In this document: positions 49,353-60,536 of the stretch, one piece after another
Position numbering within the stretch: the first letter of the stretch is position 1
Layout: each line of letters starts with the position of its first letter
NCBI RefSeq assembly: GCF_018977255.1
Contig: NW_024704743.1
Coordinates: 109,618,001 to 109,682,000, forward strand
Direction: 5' to 3'
Origin: Callorhinchus milii
Taxonomy: Eukaryota
Length of the DNA: 64,000 nt
Notes under the pieces: model-generated
The model's input: the letters and a program-made list of their open reading frames with translations, nothing else
What the model was told of the DNA's origin: nothing
The model's database searches: none
Translations under genes and position numbers: made by a program

Positions 49353-50721
49353 AAGGAAAGGGTTATTGTTTTGACATGTAGTTAATTACTCAATATGTAA
49401 GTCTTTTTGAAGTCTTCATGAGGAATTCACAAGATTTTCCCTGCAGGAGGAAATTTGCACCAGCAATGTACTACAAATAACCATGAAGTAAATGATCAAT
49501 TTTATTTGGGGGATTGTTGAACAGGACACTGGGAGAAACTCCCTTCTCTTTTCAAATTGTGCCATGGAATCTTTATCCCCCTCCACCAGACTGAAGCTCC
49601 CTTCAGGATTTTACATGATTCACTAACACCGAATCCTGGAGTCATTTACAGGATTCACTAACACTGATGTTAAATGGTGGAAAGCTTGATATAAATATGC
49701 AATGGATGGACTGAAACAGTTGAAGGGGAGCAAAGGAAAGAATAACAAAAGGGTAATTGTTTTTGACTTGAAGTTAATGACCCTTCAAGTAAATGGATCT
49801 TTTTGAAGACTTGAGGATTTCACTTTCCCTTCTGGGAGGAAGGGCATGGAATTGTAAATTCAAATCAGTGTTCCTACTTTAATTGAAGTTTATGCTTTTT
49901 GTAATAGCATTATCAACATTAATATTTGATTCCATGGCTTTTAAAGTACAATTAATATTTAATAGGCTGGCATTCCAAAAAATACATGAAAAATTACATT
50001 CAATGAAAGGCAAAGGACAAAACATTCAACCCATTGAGCTTGGCCTGTTGTTTGCATTCCTTTTTATCTTGTTCTTATCACCTGCTGAGGTCATGTCCTT
50101 TGAACTAATTTCGTATAAGGAATACACCCATTTCATTTCCATGTTTATCCCACATTTGCTGCTTCTATATTATTCCAAACTTGGCATATCAAACGTGAAG
50201 AACTTACTCATTAGGTTTACAGAGAGGTTTGGATGGAAGAAGCCCATTTCACCAAATCCAACTTCTCAAGCTGTATCTTATATGAGTTACTTTGAGATGG
50301 TTCAACTTCAATTACAAGAATTTTTATTATAAATAATTTAATGTGAACCTCCAATGTTGAAATGTCTAAAAGTACTTCACAGGGGGATTGCTGTTCAGGT
50401 GTAGTGATTGTGCACACTACGGCAGCCATTTAGTGCACATTTAGGTCCCATCGACAACCATAATCCTTGCACTTGATGTTTCTTCTTACTATGTCATCAA
50501 AACATCTCAAAGCAATGTGGGATCTTTAACTGCCACCTTGACAGGCAGACAGGAACTTGGTTTAACCTCACCTCTGATAATGCATTGGAGTGTCAGAATG
50601 AGTTCCAAATCCCGAAGTGGGCCTTGAACCCACAACTTTCTGATTAAGTGGTGAGAGTATTACCAACTGAGGCAGGCTGACATAGCCGTGCAGTGAATGA
50701 CCCATTTTTCCTGGAGGATAG

Positions 50722-51600
50722 AATTATAGAATCATAGAATTATACAGCACAGAAGGAGGCCATTCAGGCCATCATGTCTGTGCCAGCTACTTTGAAAACA
50801 TCTATCCAAATCAATCCCACTCCCCACTCTCTCCCCGTAGCCCTTGCAAACTTTTCCTCCCCAAATAATTATCTACTTCTCTCTTAAAAGTTGTTATCGA
50901 ATCGGCTTCCACCACACTTTCAGCCAATGCATTCCAGATCCGAACAACTCGCTGTGTGAAAAAAATTCTTCTCACCTCCTCTCTGTTTCTTTTAACAACT
51001 ATTTTAAATCGATGTCCTCTGGTTACCGACCCACCCGCCAGTGGAAACAATTTCTTCTTGTTCACCCTTTCGAATCCCCTCATAATTTTGAAAACTTCTA
51101 TTAAGTCTCCTCTTAACCTTCTCTGCTCCAAGGAGAATAATCCTAGCTTCTCTAGCCTCTCCTGATAACTGAAGTCCCTCATTCCTGGTACCATCCTGGT
51201 AAATCTCCTTTGTACCCTCTCCAATGCCTTGACATCCTTCATAAAGTGTGATGCCCAGAACTGAACACAATATTCTAGCTGAGGCCTGACCAGTGTTTTA
51301 TAAAGGTTCATCATAACTTCCTGACTTTTGTCATCTATGCCCCTATTTATAAAGCCAAGCATCATGTATGCTTTTTTAACAGCTTTATCTACCTGTCCTG
51401 CTACAAACAAACAAACAAACAAGCAAACACAATAACATACCTTCAAAGATAAGTAGATCTTTGAAGGTGCTACCTTAAAAGATCTACTTATATGAACCGC
51501 CCAGGTCTTTTTTCACCCTCTTTAAGATTGTATCATCTAGTTTATATTGCCTCTCCTCAGTCTTCCTCCCAAAATGCATAACTTTGCATTTCTCCACATT
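50722..51600 (-). mobile_element. CR1 LINE 3' part
   Basis: ORF 50811-51446 LVRPQLEYCVQFW..LFSLEQRRLRGDLIEVFK..RIFFTQRVVRIWN. ATAGAATC terminal repeats. Confidence 0.95.
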
Positions 51601-53079
51601 AAATCATCTTCCCTTTTCAAATAGTGTCATGGAATCTTTTATAATCATGCCACTATCGTCTGAATTACAGACAGAACGTTGGTTTAACATCTCCTCCAAA
51701 CCCCTGATAACAGTGCACTTCCCCTAGTAATGCACTGCAGTGAGTTTCACCCCATCCTGATTAGTCACAATGTCACAGACATTTCTAATACAGGGATCAA
51801 GTCATAAGGTTGTTTTAGAGTGAGTGTTGACCTGCATTCAATACATGACACATTTGACCTTGGATTTCTGGCAGCAGGCAGCAGGTGCAAAAAAAAGTGG
51901 AAATTATTCCTTTTCTAAGAATTGACATACCTCACCTTGATGAGCATGATCTGTCACCAAAAATAGATGAAATTAGATAAATAAAAAATGGAAAGATGAC
52001 TTCTATTCTGAGAGGCTCTATGCATTTGGGTCAAACCGCTTTGGCTGGCTGACAAATGCTTTCACGCTTGGAAATCGACTGTGCAAAACGGTGCTTTCAT
52101 TTTGCGAAGTGCTTCGATGGGTTTTCTTTTGCAGGTTTGGGGAAATGAATCGATCAAATGAATAGCAAAGTGTCTGCTGAATTCATAATTGCAACTCTCT
52201 CCAGTGCATGGTAAGCCTGGAAAAAACTGGGTTTTCTGTGACCTTGCAACAACAAGCAGAGAACTGTGGGACGAGGAAAAAGAATCCTTTAAAAATTTAA
52301 CACCCATCCTTGAATGGTTTTATCTCTGCCCATCTGGCCTAGATTTCACAAACATTTTATTCTGGTTGTTTGGTAAGTTTCAACTCACTCGCAACTAATT
52401 CTCAGCTTTCATTTAACAGAAATTCTTAGCTCTCTCTCAATCACACTACTAACTCTCAGATCAGTGACGAACTAAACACGATCTGTTAGAAGTGTGAATG
52501 ATATCCACCAGAGGATCTTTCTTATTTGCTGTGCCTGAGGCATCTCAAAACGCCTCACAGTAATGATAGCCAAGTGCAATGACTACTTTTGTGGACAAAC
52601 ACTGCAGACATTTTTCAAACAGCAACTTTCCACAAGAAGGCCACAGGGAGAAGCACCATTTTTTTCTAATTTGGGGCATTGTTGGTCAGGACACCAAGAA
52701 AAACACTGTTATCTTTTCCAGGAGAACAGATAGTCGAGCCTGGATATAATCTTTCATCCATAGGACCTCTGATAAAGCACTGCCCCCTCAGCAATGCACC
52801 ATCAGTTCACGCTATCATATGCAGCTTGTTCCCTTCAACTTGGTGGCCCAGAAACAAGAATGTTGCAATCATTCCACCCTCTGGAACTTCCTCCCTATAT
52901 CCCTCCCTCTTTTCTTTAGAAAACCTACCTTTTCATTTGTGTCTATAGTCACCTCCCTCCTCCCCTCTCCTTCACTCTCTCTGCTCAGTACCTGGTGCCA
53001 TTTCTATAAAGGCCTTTGAGATGTAACCGTATGATGCTCTATAAATGCATGTTGTTGTTACCAACTGAAGCATCACACC

Positions 53080-53160
53080 AAGCAATGGGAAGCTTGCCTG
53101 ACAGTGCTCTCAACGGCAAGCTATGCAGAACCTCAACACACACTCTGGGGACATCAATCC
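53080..53160. repeat. Third copy of the unclassified hairpin repeat
   Basis: TGGGAAGCTTGCC-N16-GGCAAGCT..TCAAC mirrors the reverse complement of 38201-38250. Confidence 0.55.
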
Positions 53161-53410
53161 TTGGTTCACACCAACCTGCTTCCAGTCCTTTCCAAAATAC
53201 TCTCCAGACAAGTAATTGCCAATGTACATTCCATTCCACAGGTAAATCTCTTTGTGTAGGTAGCATGTGTATGTGAAACTCTCAAGTCTGGTTCGAACAC
53301 TCTTAACCATGGTGATGGGTTTCCGTAAGTGTCAGATGCCTAACTGACTAAAAAAATTCAGCTCCAGCATTTTGCCAGAAAGATAGATCTGTCCAGTAAT
53401 GTTCGATGAA

Positions 53411-53613
53411 GCAAAAACAGAGCTGGTAAAACTCAGCAGATCAGGCAGCATCTATGGAGAAAGGAAAGTGAGTCTGTCAGAACAAAGGGCCATGGACCCG
53501 AAACGTTGACTTACTTTCCTTTCTCCATAGATGCTGCCTGACCTGCTGAGTTTTACCAGCTCTCTCGGTTTCTGTTTCAGATTTCCAGCATTTGCAGTAT
53601 TTTGTGCTTTGTC
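53411..53613. mobile_element. Palindromic Penelope-like (pLTR-derived) non-autonomous element with a hammerhead remnant
   Basis: 56-bp inverted arms at 53419-53474 and 53508-53563 (2 mismatches). The loop contains GGGCC-ATG-GACCC-GAAACGTT. 13-bp TSD AATGTTCG(A/G)TGAA at 53398-53410 and 53614-53626. Confidence 0.8.
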
Positions 53614-53807
53614 AATGTTCGGTGAAAGCTGTGTTATTTCTGTGCACAGCTGCCTTGCAGACAGAATCTAAAGTGTCTCTCAGACATGAGCCCACGAGGT
53701 GGACATTATACAGAAATAATGAGCTTTCAATTTGCTTGGCAGTTCCTGGCTCATCAACAAAGTAGAACCAAACATATTTTATACATCCCAAGCCACTGAG
53801 TTTGGAA

Positions 53808-54121
53808 ATAATAATAATAATAATCGTTGCAGTTGAAATAGCACCTCATCCCATCATCGAGACTTCTCAAAGTGCTCCACAGCATTTGTTTGTAAAGTGG
53901 AGGAACTTCGTATTTTGCAGGTGAACACGGCAACCAATTTGCACACAGCAACATCCCACAACAGCTATGAAGTGAAATGATTGATTTTATTCAGGAAATT
54001 GTTGGACAGGACACTGCGGAAACACCCTTCTCTTTTTCAATATCTCCACAGGATCTTTAACATCCACCTGCACAGGCACAGATTGGACCTCGGTTTAATG
54101 TCTCATCCGAAGGATGGCACC
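53808..54121 (-). mobile_element. DeuSINE-like SINE, 3' two-thirds
   Basis: (TAA)n tail and GGATCTTTAACATCCACCTG..GGTTTAATGTCTCATCCGAAGGATGGCAC. Confidence 0.8.
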
Positions 54122-54324
54122 ACTAGCAACTCAATTTTGTTGGCAAATAAAGCAGGCAAGTACCTCGGCTCCTATGTGAGAGTACCAACTACATCTATCC
54201 AAAGAGTTCAATCCATCAAGGAGCGTGGTGACAGGGGGGAAAGGAAATCTCATCTCCGGGATAAAGTAAAATTCATGGATTTGTTTCTAACATATTATCC
54301 TCTTCAATATCTATATGCTTTCCT

Positions 54325-54618
54325 CTTGGTGACATCATCCACAGATATGGGGTCAACTTCCACATGTATACGGATAACACCCAACTCTACCTCTCTGCCT
54401 CCACCCTTGACTCCAGGACATCGGACTGTCAGACATCAAATCCTGGATGAGAGCTAATTTTCTTCTTCAGTTGAACGTCAACAAGACCAAGACCCTCCTG
54501 ATTGGCTCCCATCAGCGCCTCCTCAACTCAAACGCCGAGAGCCTCACCATCCATGGTTGCACACTCCACCTTGCTAAGCCAGTCCGGAACCTTGGCGTCT
54601 TGTTTGACCCTCAACTCC
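54325..54618 (+). mobile_element. L2 RT fragment
   Basis: GVNFHMY.D.TQLY and QLNVNKTKTLLIGS..VRNLGVLFDPQL. Confidence 0.85.
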
Positions 54619-55344
54619 CTGTGTGGAGAAGTGTTTCGTTTATTCCTCGAATGTTGATGATTTGCAGTAAGAAAGATGTAAGGAGTGTGTAACTGCATAT
54701 TATCTTATCAAACAGAAAGCACATAGTGCCATCAAAATCCATTGTAGCAGCTGGTGCTGAGCAGAGCAGCCTACCCGTTTTTTTAAAGCATTTTCAGTCT
54801 TTAAAGACGCAATCATCTGTTCAACAGTTACTTTCTCCACAATGTTTGAGGAAGTAGGAAGAATTAATTTGTCATCTTATGTATTTCCAGGATAAAGCTG
54901 AGGAATTCCTTTCAAACAATTTTGACTGTGGGGAATAGTCCTGATTGTGTGCACTAATAGCTTGGTAGTATAAAGCTGTGCTAATTTTACCATTTGACAT
55001 TAAAAAAGTCTCTATTGGTTGCATTTGAATAAGGTTATTTATTACCAGGGAGACTTCTATATTTGTATTTTCAAGTATAAAAATTGCTGTTAGAATGCAA
55101 CAGTGTATGTATTAAGCAATTATACATTTTCATCACGGTGATAGCTGAGAGAGGAATTAGCCACACACAGTGATATTATCTCAGTAATCTTCTTCCCCAT
55201 TTCTTAGATTTACTTGTGTTCTAACCTTACTATTATTAAATATCTATCAAAAAGATACTAGAGCTGCCATAAGACATGCTAGGATAATCTTGAACCATCA
55301 GGAGAGACAAGAAAATTGTAAACCTGTTTACAGTGGTTTGTTAT

Positions 55345-55645
55345 GTCCCTAAGCACTGGACTTGAGAGGTTTACTTTGATACTCCAAGGCAACAGAACAA
55401 GAGGGCCCGAGATCAGGGTTGAAAATTACAATTTCAGGATTGATACCAGAAAGTATTTCTTTATTGCAGAGAGGGATTAACGCCTGGAATTGATTCCCAG
55501 GAATGGCTGGTTGGGCCAAGACGATGGGGCGGTTTAAGAAAAAGCTTGATGCTGTGATGGAAGGACAGGAAGGGTAAGTATTCTCAAAGCCTGGCATCAA
55601 ATGAGCCAAACGACCTTACTCACCCGAACTCTTTTGTGATCCTGT
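55345..55645 (+). mobile_element. Old CR1 3' end
   Basis: RKYFLLQRGINAWN.FP..FKKKLD followed by a 3' UTR. Confidence 0.65.
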
Positions 55646-56429
55646 GTCTGGTTCAAGTCGCAGCGTCTCTCTTCAATTCTTTGGCCCTTAAAGATTGATA
55701 CATTGTTTACTGAGTCCCTTATACAGGTGAGTCTCCCTGTGTGCAGGGAGGACACAGGAGAGGGGAGGCCATGTGGTGGTGGGCGGGGGGAGAGGGTCAT
55801 TCCGAGGCAGTCACCGTTCCTTTCAATTCGTTTTTTTAAAAATAATTATAGCAGAATCACAATGGGCATTAATGTCCATCAAGCATTTTTTGACAACATC
55901 CCCTGCAATGACTGTGGAATTCAGATATTTATATCAGTCTTAGAGGCATGCTGAGGAGCTCAGTTGGGTGGATTCCTGAGTCTCTCTCAGAAGGGTTGAG
56001 ACCACTCTTACTGGGTCTACGGTTTGTTTGTGCTGTGCCTGAGGAGATAGGTCAGAGAACGTACAATATTGCTGGTGGTTGACCTGCTTGTGAGCCAAGG
56101 CCCTAAGAGGAAGGTTAGCCCTAGCTGGATTGATGCAACAAAACCATCACTGCTTCACACTGGAAAGCTGTAATGTGACAGTATTAACATTTAGAGAGGG
56201 AACTTTTATAGCACTTATAATCAGGAGAGTAGTGCTGCTGGAATGGTCTGGAGCGTCGCTCCAACACCTGAAATTCAGAACACAGCTGCTCTCCAGCGCG
56301 GTAGAGTTAAAAATCTGTCGAGTGAGTTGCATTTTGCATCACAGAGCTGCTGACCAGGGCAGGGTCATGTTCAAACACATGCTCCAGCTAGAGAGAGACA
56401 CACACAGAACATGAGGACGAGGAAACAGA

Positions 56430-56880
56430 GAAATAAAACATAGGAACAGGAGTAGGCACTCTGAGACGCCGTCCGGCGTGGAGGGCGCTATATAAATCCA
56501 AGTTGTTGTTGTTGTTGTTGTTGTAGGCCATTCAGCGCCTCGAGCTTGTTCTACCATTCTATTAGATCATTGCTGATCTGTATCTCAACTTAATTTACCT
56601 GCCTTTGCTCCATATCCCTTGACACCCTGACCTAACAAAAATCTATCCATCTCAGTCTTGAAAATTTCAATGGATCCAGCATCCATAGCCTTTCGGGGGA
56701 GAGAGTTCCAGATTTCCACTACCCTTTGGGTGAAAAGGTGCTTCCTGATTTCACTTGTAAAGGATCTAGCTCTAATTTTAAGTTTATGCCCCCTTGTTCT
56801 GGATTCCTCCTACCAGAGGAAATTGTTTCTCTGCAGCTACCCTATCTAAACACCTCAACTAGATCACCTTCTAAACCCAA
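56430..56880 (-). mobile_element. CR1 3' end
   Basis: Reverse RKHLFTQRVVEIWNSLP and GGAACAGGAGTAGGCCATT 3' UTR. Confidence 0.85.
56458..56522 (+). mobile_element. L2 3' stem-loop micro-insertion
   Basis: ACGCC-GTCC-GGCGT hairpin plus (GTT)n. TSD GTAGGC at 56452-56457 and 56523-56528. Confidence 0.85.
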
Positions 56881-58876
56881 GGAAAAGAAACGAGTGAGGT
56901 ACAGTAAGTAACAAAAAAAAATTAAAAAATCAAAGAATATAAAACACATTCAAATGAAGTGAAACTAACTGTGGCAAAATAAAAATAAAAAGGGGTGGGT
57001 GGGGGAGAGATAAACAGGGATAATTTCTGCAGGGTTCCTGCACTATAAAAGTTAACATCAAATCACGACTTATAATGTCAAAAGATCTCAAAGGACTTTC
57101 CAGTGATTACTGAGAACTAATTGGTAACATTTTTTTGCGTGGGCAAACACATCAGCAAGTTTGCTCATAGGAAGATCACACAAAAATGATGCTGATAAGA
57201 GTCATTTCTGGAGTTTAAAAAATATAAGTAGTATATATATAGTATATAGTCAGCCTGGCTCAGTCAGCAGGATTCTTGCCTCAGTGTCAGAAGTTTGTGG
57301 GTTCAAACCCTGTGTCAGGGTGAAACACTAAACCAAAGGTATGTTTGTCTGTTCAGGAGGACGTTAAAGATCCCATGCATCCAAAGGACAACAACTCTGA
57401 CATTGCAGTATGAACTCCTTGCATCCTGTAGCCACTACCTTTTCAAATGCAACCACATAATGAAATACAGCATGTAAATAAAATATTAACAAAGTCTTTA
57501 TTGTTGTACAGCACACAAACAAATGTCTCTTTTTTTCTAATTGTCTATTTAAATTTCTGGCACTCAACTCCCAATCCACCTTGGTTGAATCTCTCAAGAG
57601 TTATTAAGATTCCATTTAAAATGCACTTTCCTTTTAAATGTTAACAGCAAAATCTTTAAAGACACGCTTTACAGATTTTGTTTCTGCAGTGGTTTCCAAT
57701 GCAACACTTTCAGCCATCTCAAGCTAATCTGTTTGATTCATTTGATAACACTCTTGTCGCTGGCTCAGAAGATTGTGGTTTCAAGCCCCACGTCTGGAGT
57801 TTGAGCTCATAGTCGAAGGTGCAGCATTGGAATGAGGTGGTATCTTCCTGATGAGCTGGCCAAAGGGACTTCTTCATCTGAACTGATCTTGTGAACTTGT
57901 GACATTAAACTGAGGTCCCATCTGCCTGTTCAGGTGGACATTAAAAATCTCAGCACATTATTTGTAAAGAGTTTCTTCCAAGGTTCTTGCCAACAATACT
58001 CCAATAATCCTTATTGGGATCTGTAATGTTCACTTGAGCAGGCAGACAGCAGGAACTCACTTTAACATTTCATTCAAAGGAGTGCTCCTCCATCAACACA
58101 GCACTCCCCTCAACACAGTGTTCGCCCCAACACTGCCCCAAACTGTGAGCTGAAATTCCCCAATGTGGGGCTATTTGTGAGACCTAGCAGTATGTACACT
58201 GGTTGTCGATGATAAAACTATCTCTGCACCTGACAATCATTGGATGTGAAGCACTATCTTGAGATATTTGGACAATATAAGGTGCAGCAATTATGAAAAA
58301 ATTTTATATGGCCACTCGAAATGTAGAAAAATAGTCCTATCTGAAGATAATTTACTGCTGAATAAGGTTTTTATTTCTTCAGCTACATAAAATGACAGAT
58401 TAGTTGACTAGCTCCCTCAGCAACCTTGTAAGCATTAGGCTCTGATTCCAGCCCATCGGTCTTCTATACCAGATGTGCGATCTCTCCTTGGGTGAACGCT
58501 GATCATGTTGAACGCCAACGATAATAATAAAAAATCATGTGACATGGCATCTATAACACTGAGACTTCTGAAGGAAATTGCTCTTAAATGTGGTGATTGA
58601 GCATTTTTAGGCAAGCGAAGCAGCTGGTTTGCATACAGTGAGGCCACATATAGCCATGACGTGAATGAATAACCAATTAATATCTCACTTCTAGTTTCTA
58701 AGAGTGTCACGGATGAAGGGAGTTACTCCCGGTGTCCTGGCTAACAATCCCCCCCACTAAAAATTGGTCACTCACTCCATAGCTGTTTGTGGCTCATTGT
58801 TGTGTGGAAATTGGCTGCTGCCTTTTTCACACAAATTACTCACAGTGACACTACTTTACAGTATATCCTGTGAAGC

Positions 58877-59347
58877 CACCGCCTGCATTCTTTGTCCAAC
58901 CACATTCTCACCTGCACTAAACTCCGCACCCCAATTACCCCAGTCCTCGCCAAACTCCACTGGCTCCCTGTCATAGAGCGGATCGACTTCAAGATCCTTA
59001 CTCTAGTGTTTAAATCCCTTCATGCCTTGGCACCCCCCTATCTCTCCAACCTCCTCTCTCCTCACAGCAGTACCCACTGTCTTCGCTACTATTGGCTCAG
59101 ACCTCCTCTTTGTCCCTTGAATCCTTTGCTCCATCATCGACGGACGTGCCTACACATCAAAGCTATGGAACTCCCTCCCTCAATCCCTTCATCTTGACCC
59201 CTCTTTCCCCATTTTCAGGTTGCGCCTGAAGACCTTCCTCTTCGACTGTGCCTATGGTCACCTTGCCCCTCCCCTGGCTCGGCATCAGGCTCCACCATTG
59301 TTAAGTGCTCTGGGGTGCTATATAAATGCAAGTTGCTGTTGTTGTTG
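58877..59347 (+). mobile_element. L2 3' end (second subfamily) inserted in a DeuSINE (58715-59415)
   Basis: ITPVLAKLHWLPV..LAPPYLSNLL. TSD GTGAAGC at 58870-58876 and 59348-59354. Confidence 0.9.
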
Positions 59348-60536
59348 GTGAAGCGCTTTGAGGCACCTCAACAGTGTGATAAGGCGCAATATCAAATATA
59401 ACGATTTTATTATTATCCTTAAGGTCCAGTCAAACAGGCTGACTAGACCTTAGTTTCACGTCTCATCCGAAGCACAGCACCTCCCACAATATAGTGCTTT
59501 CACCAACATAACACTGTACTGGAGAGTCAGCCTACACTGTGAGCTCTGGACAGCCTAGACTGTGAATGTGACTGTGGGGAGAGAGTGCTACCAGCTGAGC
59601 CAAGCTGATGCCTGGGTCTGCCTGGAGGATACGTCAAACCTCTGAAGGATCATGTACACTTGCAATCCTGGTTATTGATCTTTCACTGAAAGTTTCCAGT
59701 CAATGTGAAGCTGTTATTAACCTAGCTAATCAAATACTAGGTTACATCTCAAGGGCAATTGACTATAAGTCAAAAGGAGTTATTCAACCTTGTGCAGAAA
59801 GGTGCTGATGCTACTTTTAGTATACATATTCCAATTGCTGTACTAATCGGGGGAGGTGAGGTGGAAATGTGGTATGTAATGTGATAATCTATGTCCAGAC
59901 TTGAGCTCATTATTTGGGCTGATGCTCCAGGGCAGCATTGGGGGAAGCACTGAATTATTGGAGGTGCCTTCCTTCGGCAGAGGTCCTACATACCCTGACC
60001 ATCTCCAGCCTGGGTCACTAGCTTGCCCATTCCCTCCAGTCCTCGCCCATCCCCTCCCTCCAATTCACTATCAGTACGCCAAGCTTTCAGCTGCTAAGCC
60101 CTTCTGGGACATCCTCCTTAAAACCCTCTGCCTCACAGGCCCCACTCTATAAGGGTCTCCTGAAAATCCTACCTTTTCAACTGTGCCTACAGTCGCCTCC
60201 TGCCTGGTGCAAAGAGAGACTTAACAACATTGGAAAGGTCAAGAGAATTTCTCCTGTTTTCCCAGCCAAGAATCCTGCAGCTAAATTGATCATTCATTTC
60301 ATGGCTGTTTGTTGGACTTTGCTGTGTCAACTAATAAACTTTAAAGTCCCCTTTGTCACATGTTAATCTTCATTTACTCTGCCCAGACCATCTTTTATAC
60401 ACATGACAAGAATACTTATTTTGCTGCTATTTCTAACCTTATGAATGCCACAGAGGAATTGAAAAGATTTTCCTATCAGTGAAGGTTTCCCAAAGTGACA
60501 AAGACATTTTTCAATATATCTTAACAGAGATTGTTT

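Noticed and set aside
49883..50332. 149-aa hydrophobic ORF
   Set aside because: It has a TTG start and its composition reflects T-rich DNA. No known motif.
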